The notes: a model not told the origin generated them from the sequence alone. DNA of 64,000 bases from Camelus ferus (GCF_009834535.1 NC_045707.1:46874001-46938000), one strand, 5' to 3'; counted from the stretch's first letter, positions 36,514 to 50,155 are shown. Numbers and translations: made by a program.

Positions 36514-37082
36514 TATAGTAAGCAGAATTCTAAAGATGTGCCCCCAAGATTCCTATTCCTTGGCTATTCAAGCACTAAACTAGGTACTGCTGTGAAAGGA
36601 CTTTGCTGTGTAATTAAGGTTACTAATCATTTGAGTTTATCCAGATGGGCCCAATGGTACAGCACAAGTCTTTTAAAAGCATAAGAAGAAAACAGAAGGG
36701 GAAAGCAGGGATATTCAAAGCACAGGGATATTCCACACACCATTGCTGGCTTTGAAAATGGAGGGAAACCATGAGTTAAGGGATGTGGAGCTGAGGAAGA
36801 CCCCTGGCTCCCTGGCTTACCAGCAAACAAGAAAGTGGGACTTCAGCCCTATGATCACATGGAACTGAATTCCGCAAATGAGCCTGGAAGTGAATTCTCC
36901 CACAGGACCTCAAGATAAAAGTCCAGGCCTGCTGATACTTTGACATCCGGCCTCGTGCGGACCTGAGCAGAGAACCTAGAAGAGCCATGCTGTGCCCAAG
37001 CTTCTGGGTGAGATAATAAACGGATGTTGTGAGCCACTAACTTTGTGGCAATTTGTTATAGCAGCAACAGAAAACTAATACA
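36514..37082 (+). mobile_element. MLT1E-like MaLR solo LTR
   Basis: GCAGAATTCTAAAGATG...CTAGGTACTGCTGTGAA...GAGCCACTAACTTTGTGGCAATTTGTTATAGCAGCAACAGAAAACTAATACA. Confidence 0.88.
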
Positions 37083-37772
37083 GAGGTAAAGCAAAAAAGA
37101 ACCAAAAGATGAGCACTTCTGAGTCTATTAAACTCACTTCTCTTTAATGATTTCAGCTAAAGCACAGAACACTACACAGAAACTATATACAGAAACTAAA
37201 CTACCATAATGGAAAACTAGGATATAATTGTGAAATCATCAAAGGGATTTTAAAAATAAAAACTATGTTGCCAATATATCACTTTATTACTTAATCTCAA
37301 GTATTACCTTGAAATGGGAGATTCTGCCATTGTTTCTAAGCAGTTCAAAATAAGATTCATAAGGCATAAAGCAAGAACTGAATGCCCAAAATGTGGGTAT
37401 TATTACTATGAATCTAATCTCTTGTCTTATTCAAGTATATACCACACTAAAATATACAAAAAAATAATTTCAGACTTTTATTATGTAAGGAAGAACAAGA
37501 ACCAAGGAGAGAATTCAATTTAATAAAAGGAGTAACATTCTGATAATTGGAGCTCTCTAGCAACAGAACAGACCACCTCAAAAAGGCAATCAGAAATGTT
37601 ACTAAAGAGACTCTTACAATTTCATTATAAAAATTGGCCCAAATGACCTCTACACTCTATTCCAACTCCAAAATTCTGTGACTCCATCAACTTAGTATCA
37701 GTTATATTGGCTGCTATAAGAATACTGCCATTATTAGAGGACTAACTAAGTTACTATTACTCTACCGGTGAA

Positions 37773-37856
37773 CTCATTAGACGTTAACATTAGGTCACAG
37801 GGCAATTCTCACAGCTCATTAGACGTTAACATTAGGTCACAGGGCAATTCTCACAG
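37773..37856. repeat. Perfect 42-bp tandem duplication containing a DR1-like nuclear-receptor site
   Basis: CTCATTAGACGTTAACATTAGGTCACAGGGCAATTCTCACAG x2. Confidence 0.97.
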
Positions 37857-38449
37857 CAACATAATTATTAGCATTCTAAGTTTCTAAACAGGAATAACAG
37901 ATACAAAATGAAACTGTTTTAAAGGGCAGCCTTCTGTTTTTGATTCTGCAGAACTCCTTCGCAAAAGAGAACTGTGGATGTATCCTTCTGGTTCTAAAGT
38001 GGAAGATGAGAATGGAAAAGTTCTGGCTAACCTGTCTCCATGAGAAGGGACCCAGAACACAACGTGTTAATGTACTGGAGTCACACAAACACCTGACTTC
38101 ACTAGCACAGTTTGCCCCTTCAAAACAAAATCTATGGAACCTGCTCATTACACAAGGACAAGAAATTTCCCAGCAACCTGTGATTGCTAATTTACCGAAG
38201 ATGGGCAGCAGGCTGTTGTAAAGAATGCCAATTTTCCTGGTATACTTTTTCCAGAACATAAATGCAAGTGTTTATGCAAGATTCATATTTCACTCAGGTT
38301 CATGTTTGGTTTGGTTTGGTTTGTTTCCTTAAGATTGGATGAGTTTTCTGCCCTGGTTTTGGTGGACTGAGGAAGAGCCAATCGCTTCATATTTACCTTT
38401 CACTAATGCCAAACTGGACAAATGCAAATAAACACGTCTTTCAAGTATA

Positions 38450-38830
38450 CCTCTGTCACCTCAGGCGCCGACTTTGCGTAAGATGCAAGGAACTAAGGGA
38501 AACTTCCCAGTCACCGGCAGATCACACCCAGGGTGCCCTCAGGGCGGCGGGGTGACCGGGCTGCACAGGACTGCAGAGCACCCCGAGCCAAGCTCTCTGC
38601 TTATCTGCTGTTAGCACAGCGCCACCGCACTCACCAGTTCCTAGAGAAGGGATTCTGAGAAAAAAGAAAGAGCCTGGTTCCCTAGAAACATTAAATTAAC
38701 ACAAGGGATCTGGAAACGAAACAGCAGATGCCTGAAAGCCTTCCCCTTCACTGTTTCCTGCCTTCTTGGAAAATCTTTGCATTAAAATAGATTGGATTAC
38801 TCTCCAGATGCTGCTCGGGAACTTCGTTTT
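38450..38830. promoter_or_regulatory. Candidate enhancer or alternative promoter
   Basis: Local CpG retention in unique DNA, with C/EBP, kB-like, GATA and several TTCN3-4GAA motifs. Confidence 0.4.
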
Positions 38831-41800
38831 GGGTGAACGGGAAAGCAAAGTTTGCCATCTTTTAAAAAGATTTTTCTTTCCTAGGTGGTTTGAATAGCGT
38901 GTTTGGGTTGTGGATATCAGCTAGGACCCGAAGCTGTGGCTTTCTGCATTACAATAAACTTTCCAAAACATTGACTTGCAAATTAGGTAACAAAGAGCCA
39001 GGCATGCGGAGTAGAAAGGTAGAGCACCAAGTGGTTAGTAAGAGTTCTGAATTGGAGATTCACATCTCTGCAACTGCCTGGAGAGAGCACAGTAGAGCCC
39101 CTTAGTTTACAAAGAAGAAAATAATAAAAGTTTTATTTCTAAGCCTATTTCCTTTGATCACAGCTATAAAAACACAAAAAAGTAAAGCTATCTAATAGCG
39201 TTTCCAAAGAGTCAAAAACAAAAGCAGAAAGGCTTATGAGTAATATTTTATCAGCCTCCTCATTCTAAAACCTCATACACTAACCTCCACCCATCGACCC
39301 TGTCTGCAAATTAATCTTATATAATTTATAAATTCAAACCAAGATTATAAACCACACACCTTGAGAACAGTAGGCTTTAGGAACAGAATACACTACACTT
39401 TGATGTCATCTTTACTTTCATATTCAAACAGTTTTGGAAGCTGAGAATAAGATCCAAGGCTTCCTATGGGATACCAGGATATTACAGAGGAAATAAAGTT
39501 TTTACTGTCATAGCACCTTCCTTGATATTTTAACTTTTTATCTTGATAACCTTCAAGATGGGACTCCATAGTCATCAGCCACTATTTTATATGCATCATG
39601 CTTTCTAGTAAATCAGACAGCAGTCTCCAGTCCTAAAGGGATTCTACATTCATCCCAAATTTGGGAGCACAAGATAGGGGAGAAGTCTATTACATGCTCC
39701 TCTGAACAAAAATAAAATTAAATATCTTGGTCTAAGCATGAAAGCAACAAAGCAGTCAGACAGAATCATTTCATCTGTAACGGGGCAAGTGTACAGCTCC
39801 CTGAGAAGAGCAGCCCTAAGTATTTCTGTTTTAACAACTCACAGGGAATGCACAAAATCTATCATTCCTCCCTGATGTATGAAAAACTAAAGGGCAATTT
39901 CCTAGCAACTTCGGTGCTTTCTAACTTAATGACTGAACTTACAGGAAAGCAAGTAAAAATTTTAAGTGTTTATAAGAAAGCAAAGGAAAATGCTGCAAAA
40001 ATTATTTGGCTGGCAGGCCGCAGAGAAAACCGGAATCTTTGCAGGACTTACCGAAGTACAGAGCTGTTTTAAAACTGAAAGTCAAACAGCTTTGAACAGG
40101 TATTAAGTATTTTATACAACAAAATTATCAAACTTACATTCTTTTTTTGATATCGTAAATAGAATCATTTCTATTATGAAAAAACTATAGTTATACAAAA
40201 ATAATTAAACTGCTAGGACAAGAATAAATAACGAATCACACAGTGTTATTAGTCAATGCTGGCCTTAAAAAAAAAGACCAGAGAATTTCAAAATGCTTAT
40301 GAATAATCAAGTATGACTCCTATATTTCCTAAGCAGGTAGTGATACTAAGAACATGGTTTTCACAGAAACACATTCCACTTATTTTTATGTATTAATTAT
40401 AGTAACAAACAAAAATGACTAACTATAAATAAAAATGAATTGACTCGGATAGCTTCTTCAAAAAAATTATTTTATTAAAAATAAAACCTGTGGTAAACTA
40501 CAGAATTAGAGAAGATTAACAAATTTTAAAATCCCCTCCAAATTATTTTTGGAAAAAAAAAAAAAAGCCAGTACTCATGCCATAGAAAAATGTAAATAGC
40601 TTATAATCCTTAGATTCCTTTCACATAGCTAATGGGTATCTCATTTCTGCAATTTCTGCATACTTAACTGAAATGTTAAAGAAAAGGAGAAATATTTAGA
40701 TGTTAATAAAAAGTTACTCTAATTATCCTACTTCACTATCTAACATCAGCTCAACCAAGTTCAATATCTAGTAAGTGCCTGGTCTGCTTCGGTAGGGTTT
40801 TTTGTTTTGTTTTTTTTTCTATTTTAAAATCATTACTAAACAAATATGGTTACTACTAGTTAAAACTCTAAATCCAAATGTCATATGCTGTGTTGTAAAA
40901 ATGTGCACAGTATTAGTTAAGCATACTTTTCCTTCCATATATTTTTATATCTTTGACCAAACTTTAGCTTATAATTTGTATCCTAAAATAAAAACATTTG
41001 TATTTTATGTCAAAAAATCAGTAAATTTCTTTTAAAGTTAGATGCTTCAAAATAAATGATACAAATATTGTAATGAAAGCTCTGTTATAATTAAAGAAGG
41101 TGTTGGTAATGAGGAGGAAAACTGAAGGCATATTCACAATAAATCAAAAGCAGAGTTGTAAACAGCAGCCTCCACAATGATTAGTAATGTTTATTTATAA
41201 AATACTGGTCTCTGCGTTAATTCAGACATATAAGCTGATGTGCTTTTTCCTTAATAAATGAAAAATAGTTTTCTGGTTTTTTATATTTTAAGGTCAGAAC
41301 AACTGTTTATAAAAACAGAAGACAACTTCCAGAATCTTTCTCTTTCCCTATTTCAAAACTACGAGCTTTTATTTTTATCTTTTCAAATTCTTGAAATTCA
41401 ATGACAATGTCATAGCTCTGAAAACCAAGATAATAGAAACCACCAACTGCAGGAGACAGCCTTGATGCTTTTGATTATATTTTCCTAGAAAGATTGATAT
41501 GATATTGGTATTTAATCTCAATAGCCATTTTTTTTTAGAGAAATGCTCCAATGCCAACAGTAGTTAGATAATCTAAATCTCAGTAGTTCAGACAAATTTA
41601 GCCCATTGGCATACTCTAAAAACAGAATAATTTAATAAGACCCAAATAACGTATTATATTCTATTTTAAACAGTATGTTATATACTTTCAAGACACATGT
41701 TCTGTTAAGATAAGTGAGTACCAACCTCAAATCTGAGTTGGAAATGAGCGGGGTACACATTTTTTTTTTAAAGGACAAAGGGCTGCGTTAACCACTGCTC

Positions 41801-44800
41801 AGTCTGCCGTCTGGGTGTAAGGGAGAGATGGAAAGTACAACAGCCAGGTTCTTCACCTGGACAGCTGCCCATTCCGTGGCACCACATTTCCTACTAGGTT
41901 CTGATCACTGTCAGTCAGAATAGCTTCAAGTGTCTCTACAGTCAGATACCTGTGTGTTTTGCTATAAGGGGAAAAACAAAAAAAATATATAAAACTCTCT
42001 TTTCCCAAACTCCCCATCCTTTCAAAATCATACTTTATTAATGGAAGTTAGTATGATGAAGAAAGAAACCACCACCCAAATGATTTCTCTTTAAGACACA
42101 TTTTAAGGCCAGGAGGACACATTCTTCTTTCTTTTTTCCTTTTTTCTTTTTTAAGCCAGACTATCTGAGTTACTTATGATTTTTATTCTGTTTGAATCTG
42201 GTCCCTGTTATCTTTTGTAATTTTGTGGAAAGAAATAAGATTTCCGTTGTTTATGAAGATAAAACAAGAGGTTGACACTTCATGCACAAAAAGAATAACC
42301 AAAGGTTACGGTGACGTCAATTTTAGTTTTTGCTGAGGGCTGGTGGATTTTTAGGGTTTTTGTTTTGTTTTTTTTTTTTTTTTTTTTTTTTGCAGTGGAG
42401 GTTGGGTAGGAGTAGGGGTGAAGGTAAGGCAGGTGTGAAGAACTGAGTGTGTTTTCTTAAAGGAGGAGTGGATTTTCACAGCTCCCTCCCCACGTCAGTG
42501 TTCTCCTGGTTCTAAGGAGGGGGCCTGCTTTGCCAGCTCTTCTGGATAGACTTCATAATAGAGTAGGCAGGCTCTATTCTCTAGGAAGGCTGAAGCTGGC
42601 AACTGCATCTCATGGAAGATTCCACAAAAGGCTAAATTAGGATGAGATCGTCAACAGGCTTCAAAAAGGCAGAGTTCCAGGCCCCATCCCTGAGGCCAAA
42701 CGGGCCTCCTTCAGGTCCTCATCCCCACAGTCTGACACTTTTGGCCTCCCCTCTCTCCTCCAGCTTCCCACCCCATTCTTCTGCCAGCCCTTCCTTTTTT
42801 CCTCTAACCCTGCAAAAAATGAGCAGTGCTGTTGTTTTGCTCCAACTGACAAAACAGCTAAGAAACAGCAGAAGAACACGACTGCCCTTTTCAGAATGGA
42901 TCACGTGATCACCCTATTTAAATCCAGCTTTTACAGTAAAAAATGAATAGAGAGGGAGGGAGCTGTTTATGAAACTCCTCAGCTTGCCTTCATAATACTC
43001 TCACCCCCACCCCTCTTGGCCTCCTGAATACCCAAATGAAATTATATAATGAGCTTTATTTTCTCACTCCTAAATTCTTCCTTAGTCCAAACTGCTAATG
43101 CGGCAGGTTCCAGCTGCCTAAATTCCCTAAACAACATTCCCTGTTCCATAAAAAGCACGCAACTGCAAGCACAGCAGTCCCGCTCCAGTTCTGAGAACTA
43201 GAAATTGACTACCCAGTTCCTTGGCCTGGGGAGGCCGTGAAACCGGTGATGTGGACGGAGGATTTAAAGGCAAACAATATCTGAGGTTCCACTTCACTCC
43301 CAAGCAGCCAAGAGTGGACGAGCAGAGGCCACTCGCCATTTTCCTGCTGACTCTTACACTCATTCCCTGGGAACTACCTCCGTTTCCAGTGGAGAAAGGG
43401 GAACATTGAATTTGCAGTGCTTTTGACGAATGCACTTGTTTCACGAAGAGGAAGAAGAATTCTGCACAATAGTCTGCCTTAGTTAGGAGACTAAAAACTG
43501 TACATGCCAGAATAGCAAATACAGTAAAGTGCAAAGCTTTGAGTCCTTTCTTTTAAGTTATTTAATACAATTTCAATGTTTACATAATAGTCATTGACTT
43601 TTCTCTGACATCTAGTATATGCCTCTACCTCTGGCAAAAATACTATCCCAACCATCGTAAGCAGACGTAAATGCTTTATTTTGATACTTAAGACTCCAAA
43701 GAAAGAGATTCCATAACCTACCTTGGCATGGCCAGACTTCACAACAGCCTCTATACTTGACAATCTAGTGATATCTAATTACTTGGAGTTCCCTGCACAC
43801 ACCATGCTAGTCCATGTCTTCCTGTCTCTCCATGTGCTGTCTCCTCTATCTAGAATACCCTCTCCAACCTTGCCCACACAGTGAACTCTAATTTTTCCTT
43901 CAATAGGTGGCCTATGCCACCATTCCTCACCTGTCCCAGACCCAAGTCCATCACTGCCTCCTTTGTCACGTGTACCTACACTGCCCCTGTGAGAGAGTAC
44001 CATGTTTGTTCATGTGTCTATCTCCCCTGCTGGACTCAAATCCTTTGAGGAACTAATTGTTTTTGTATCTCCAGAGCCCTGTATACTTTGCACCAAACAA
44101 ATAAACAAACAAAACCAGGTGCTATATACGAGAACTAATCTGATGTGGCTGTAAAGTGACTTCTAGCTTTTAACCATAATGAGCCTACTACATGGCTCAT
44201 ACAGATCCTGCTGGTTGATCCCGTCTGTCAATGCAATAGTCTGAAACCATTTGTTCTTGCTGTATCCTCAGAGGAAAAAGAAAAACCTGTCACACTTCTC
44301 TGTCCTCTGTATCATAATTAGATGGGGGTAAGAGCTGGGGGACTGGAAAATAATTGGCCTACCTAATCATATCCTAAAAGAAATCAGCATGGAACTCAAG
44401 GAAATCAATGGATCTATCAAATTTTAACACATATTCCATCCACCCACCCCAAGTACTTAAAATGGCATTGATGGAAACAAAAGAGAGAATTTACTGTGGA
44501 GAACAAAATAAAACTGGTAGAAGAAATAATTTGAGGAAGAGCTGGGGGTAAGTGATATTTGTAAACAAAGATAAGAAAAACATAAATGATGGAGGTCAAA
44601 ACAGGAAGTTTTGAACCTAAGGACTATAGAGATCAGTCTGGTTTCCTTTTCAAGTAATAGGCTGACCACAGACAAGAACAATAGGAACATCATTCCCCAA
44701 TTCCTACACAATGTACTGCACTGCTGTTTAAGCATCCCAGCATCATGCTTGCTCTTGACAAATACGAGTGCTAGGTACTGATGCACATCACAGCTCCATT

Positions 44801-45559
44801 GCCATGATTCTACTTTGAGTTTCTCTTTGTCTGTTTTAACAATTTATGTACCACATTCCTCAAGTTTTTCTGGGACTGAACCAAAGGGAGAGAGGCAGAA
44901 AAGGGAAGCTAAAATCTCTCAAGGACATATTACATGTTCTAGTCACTTTATATATGCCATTTCTACACAACCCTCCCAATAAGCCCATTTGGTAGGCATA
45001 ATTATTCCCATTCTCGATGCAATGTCTCAAACCTATGTCTCTCTGGTTCTAAATCAAGTGCTCTTTTCATAAATCATACTATTCCTATTTCTAATATCAG
45101 CATTAAGGACACAAGAATGCAGCTTCTAAGGTAAGAGGTGTATCATTCATTCATTCATTCATTCATTCAACATTTATTCAACAGTTACTGAGCCGGGCAC
45201 TGTACTCTCTTTTATAATATAAAACATAAACAAGTTCTGGTGTTGACTTCAAATTGCTCAAAGTTTAGTGGGAAAGGGACAGAAAAATAAATAACGTGGT
45301 TTATTCTCTTTTCCCTCAGGCTCTGTATTAGGTTTTGTTTTCCATCTTTGTCACTTTTTGCTGCCACTTTACTAACTTCCCATATCTTAGTAGTTGCTTT
45401 CGTGTCCCTTATTTAAACATTAATAAAACATGAGAAACCTACACCATTTCATAAACTGCCTTCATTGCTAGAATCGCACACTGGAGGGAAGTGAAACTGA
45501 ACAAACCATAAGCATTTAAACTTGCTCCAGCCACTCTCCGTTCCGTGCTGCTAGAGTAT

Positions 45560-46130
45560 TCATTCAATCATTTACTCATGTTTTTGGAGCACCTAATGTA
45601 AGGCCCAGTGCTGGCTGGGAAGTAGCAGTGGAAACAAGATAACCAGAGTTCCTGCCCTCATGAAGCTTATCTTCTAACCAATCCAAGAGGGAAGGAAGGT
45701 AGCAAACAAATCCATAGATGGTGACAGGCATGTTACAAAGAAAAACCACAGGACATGGGGAGAAAGGCACAGGGACCCAACCTTGGCTGGGGGATGAAGA
45801 AGGCCTCCCCTCAGAAGTGGCATTAATGCCAAGATCTTTGAGTTGAGTGAAGCTTGATGAAGGTGGGGGTGGACAGATAAGGGGGAACAGAGAAGAGCAG
45901 TCCAAGCAGAGGGAACAGAATATGCACGGGCCTGAAGCTGGAAAGAATACAATGCTTCTGAGGTGAGAAAAGAAGGCCGATGAGGCTGGAAGACGGGTTA
46001 TAAGAGGGAAAGTGTCCCAAGATAAGGCTGAGAAGGTGCCGCAGCCAAGTGCTACAGGGCATTGTAGAGGACATTTTGGATTCAAATCTCACCCTGAGAG
46101 CAATGGGATTGCACTGAAAGGTAAAAGCTC
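45560..46130 (-). mobile_element. L2 LINE 3' fragment
   Basis: ATTCATTCAATC...CCTGCCCTCATGAAGCTT...GAAGGCCTCCCCTCAGAAGTGGCATT...AGCAATGGGA. Confidence 0.8.
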
Positions 46131-47149
46131 ATCCACTGAACTCAAATTCCCTTGGCTACCTGTGATTGATGTATCAAGAAGAAAACAGTATGAAAAAGTT
46201 CTTCAATGATGGAAAACACATTTAGAATAGAAAGCACAGAATAGAATCCATGAATGAAAAATAATGGGTTCTATTCATTGTACTATTATCCTGGCTAGGT
46301 CATTTAATCTTAAAATCTTTCCATTTCCTCATCTATCAAATGAAAGTATTAAGAAATTCAGAATTCACATACTTGTAAGAAACAGATGAGAATACATCTG
46401 ACATTTGAAAATGCTTTGAATCTCTAAAATGTAAGTTCCTTGAGGCAAAGATTTTATCTGTTTTGTTCAGTGCTATACCTAGCACTTAGAGGATGGATGG
46501 ATAGATGGATGGAAGGAAGGAAGGAGGATAGAAAGAAGGAAGGCAGGAAGGAAGGGAGTGAGGGAGGGAGGACAGGCAGATAAGTGGATCACATCAAGCT
46601 CCATACTGGGCAAATATGAAGCAAAATGTACCATGTGTGGATGAAGCCCACTTGGGAGGGCAACGTCCACAGAAGAACTCGTTAGCACATCACAAATGTT
46701 TGCCAGCCAGCCAGCCAGCTGGGCCTGCCCTCAGTGCCAGTGCCCCGGGCACCTCCACAGCTATTCTAAAGGACTGGCAAGTTGGCCAGCCAGCACAGGA
46801 TCAGAAGTCTATGACATCCATTTCCTCAGTGTGGTAAATGACAGGGAGTGATTGTGAGAAATGAAACCACTGTCCTTCATGCTGCTTCTTCCTGAGAGAC
46901 TGGTCCCTGACAAGGGCCCCCAAGCCAGGCCCTATGTATACATCTTCTCTACTAATACAATCCAACATCTCAGATTCTTAGTCTTTTTATTTACCAAATG
47001 TAGTGTTATAAATTTTTCTATAACTTCTTAAACTTATATTGCATAGTCTCGGCTATGTGTACCCAGTTTCTTAAAGAATTGAAACTAAAGGTAAAAAAGA
47101 AGGAAAATATAAAATCCCTTAAGATGTTCTTTGATATTTATTAGCTTTA

Positions 47150-47645
47150 TAGCAATGACAATAGTTACCATTCGTTGAATATATACTTTGCTCTAAACAC
47201 AAAGTTTGACAGTTGGCCTATTATCTCTGTTCCTCACAATATCTGACAAGGTAAGCATTAGGGACCTCATTTCATGGAAGAGAAAATTCAGGCTCAGCAC
47301 ATCAGTGACTTGCCCAAGATTATAAGGTTATTAAGGGACACAGCCAGGGTTCAAATGTGGGTCTGTTAGACAGTACAACATACATTCTTTCCCTTATACC
47401 ACACATTATTATAAAAATATTCTAAAAAGAGATTGAACTACATATAATAATTAGGGTAACCTGAACATTTACTATGTGTCAGATGCTATTAACTCTTCAC
47501 AAAAATTATCTCATTTAATCCTCTCAACAACCCTGTAAGTTTGGTATTTTTGAAATGAAATTACTGAGAGAGACTTGCCAATGGTCAAAAAACTACTATG
47601 TAGTGGAGCCTGACTCCAAAATGCACCCCCTTTACTGCTACATAA
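47150..47645 (-). mobile_element. Two adjacent MIR SINEs
   Basis: GTGACTTGCCCAAGAT...GGGTTCAAATG and TTATCTCATTTAATCCTCTCAACAACCCTG. Confidence 0.7.
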
Positions 47646-50108
47646 GAGTTTCACTATTGAAATAGTATCAGTGTAAGTTGCACACTTTTGAAAAATGTTA
47701 AAACAGAAGAACAGGGTCAATAAACCACTTCAAAGATAATTTAAAATAACCACTGCCTTAAGACAGTCTCTAAGAGCCCATTACTAACCATCTTCTCGGT
47801 GATTGTCGCCTTGTTCTGTTACCCCAAATGGCCTTTAGAACTATCTACAACCAGCATTTTCACCACAAGTGTTTTCCTTTTTCATTTGGCAAGCACTTTA
47901 AAATTCTATTTCTTAAACTGCAATCAAATGGAACTTAGATACCTGCATCCAAATCTTCAAACACACCAAAATGTAACTAGTTACTCAGTCCACAATTCTC
48001 ACCACTAAACAATGTTGAGTGGTTAGAAAGATGTTCAAAGTCACTGTGCAAACTCCTCACCTGCCATGTAATATCTTAGTCTTCACGGTTTTGTAATAAG
48101 TTCTAGGTTATAACAAGCCTTTTAAGATATTCCTGACATTACTACCTCCCTATCAGATATAATACTTTCTAAACCAGGAGACTCCTTGGGCAGGACTCCT
48201 CGGCTATACTTGTAAAGACTACTCTTAAAAATCTCATTTGTTATTAAGAAGGTATCAACCAAGTAAAGAAACCCGACCTTGCTCATCTACTGATTGGGCA
48301 AACATGAACACGACTTCCTTATACCTACTAAAACGTTTATTCATGCCCATTTCACACTGACGGGATTTGTAAACCAAATAGCTGCCAAATTATGACTTTA
48401 AACACAATCAGTGAAAAAGAAGCCTGGCAATTCTTGGAAAAACATGAGGGAAATCATGCGTATGTGTGAACTCATGCCTGTGTCCACTCTCATAGAGCAA
48501 AATGTAAGTACAGGAAGTACCTAAATACCTCCTAACAAAAGCAAAGTGAATTTACAGACCTGGATGAAATCCCCAAATTTTGTGCTTAATCTTCAAGTTG
48601 GGATGTTCCATCAGTATAGGAAAATTACAATATGTGTTTTAAGTACTTGTAAAAAACCAGAGCATATGAGTACGGCATAAAGCAAGCAAGCAAGCAAGCA
48701 AGTAAGCAAGCAGAAAAATATAAAGAAACTATGTCACTTATAATTACATCCCTGTCAACACCACATCCCAGACTTTTCTCTTGGCATATATATAAACATT
48801 GAGTTTCTCAAATATAGGGTTGCACCAAATGTACTGTTTTGCAACCTGCTTTGTTTTGTTTTATTTTTCCATCCAATAGTGAATTTGAATAGGACAATAT
48901 TCAAAAATTGATAAGTATAGCTGTACATCATCAATTCTCCCATGACTGATTTAATCAACCTTTCACTGATGGACAAATAAGTTTCTCTCAACCTTGTGCT
49001 TTTATAAACAATACTGAATTGAACATCCTTATACACACAACTACTTGTCAAATTAATCTTTTCAGATAAATTCCTAGAAGTAGAAATACTATGTTAAAAG
49101 GATGTGGCTTTTGATACATATTGCCAAACTGCCTTCCAGAAGGTTCATGCCAATTGACACTCCCACCAGCAACAGAAGAAAGCACAGGTTTCCCCACACC
49201 TTGACCTTCCTTGGCAATGAGAATTCTTTTTAAATCATTGCCAATCTGATAGAGAAAACAAATGGTAACTTCAGGTTGCGTTCATTTCCATTTTCTTTTT
49301 GTAGGCATATTGATATACAGAGGCAGTAAGTCAACGTCTACAAAAAAGCAAGAGCTTTGGAGGCAAAATCCTGAGTTGCAAAAGCCCTGCTAAGTGTGTG
49401 ACCTAGAATAAACTGCCTTGACTCCCTAAACTGTATACTACTCATAGCAAAATGTAAACAATTGCATCGTAAGCATTACATGTAAAGCCCTTAGCCCAGT
49501 CCCTGGCACACGATAAACACTCAGTAAGTGGTAGCTGCTCGTTGTAGTTGCAGTAGTTGTAGTAGCTGCAGTGGTTGCATAACTGTCATAAGAGTAGCAG
49601 TAGACTATTGGCAGCCATTTGTACTTCTTCTCTTGCAAACTGCCTTTTCATATCCTTGGTCCTTTTTTGTGTTGGAGAATTCATCTTTTGTTTATTAATC
49701 TGTAATAGCTTGTTATAAATTATGGGTAATAACTCTGGCTGCTATATATGATGCAAACATTTTCCCACATTGGCATTAGTTTTTACTTTATCATGGTGTT
49801 CTGTGTTGTATGGCAGTTAATTTTTACATAGTTAAATCTAATTGCTTTCCTTTTTCTTCATTTTTTAATACTTTAGTTTCTGCCATTGGTGTCAGGTTTA
49901 CAAAAATCTTCACTATCACAAGATTATAAATAGAGACTGGGTATGTATTTTATGCCGTTACTTCTATAGATTCTTTACTTTTTTTAAACAATGAAGTCTT
50001 TAATTATAAATTATTAATTTTGCTATAAAGTAAGGATTTAACTTTTTCTCTTAAATGACTAGTATGTAATCCTAACACCCTTCAGAAAGCCTTTCATCAT
50101 TCATTTGA

Positions 50109-50155
50109 GAGAGAGAGAGAGTGCCGAATCCTAACCACTAGACCATCAGGGAAGG
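50109..50155 (-). pseudogene. Tailless retropseudogene of the 5' half of tRNA-Glu(CTC)
   Basis: Minus strand cct-TCCCTGATGGTCTAGTGGTTAGGATTCGGCACTCTC-(TC)n; perfect 15-bp TSD TCATCATTCATTTGA (50094-50108 / 50156-50170). Confidence 0.9.
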
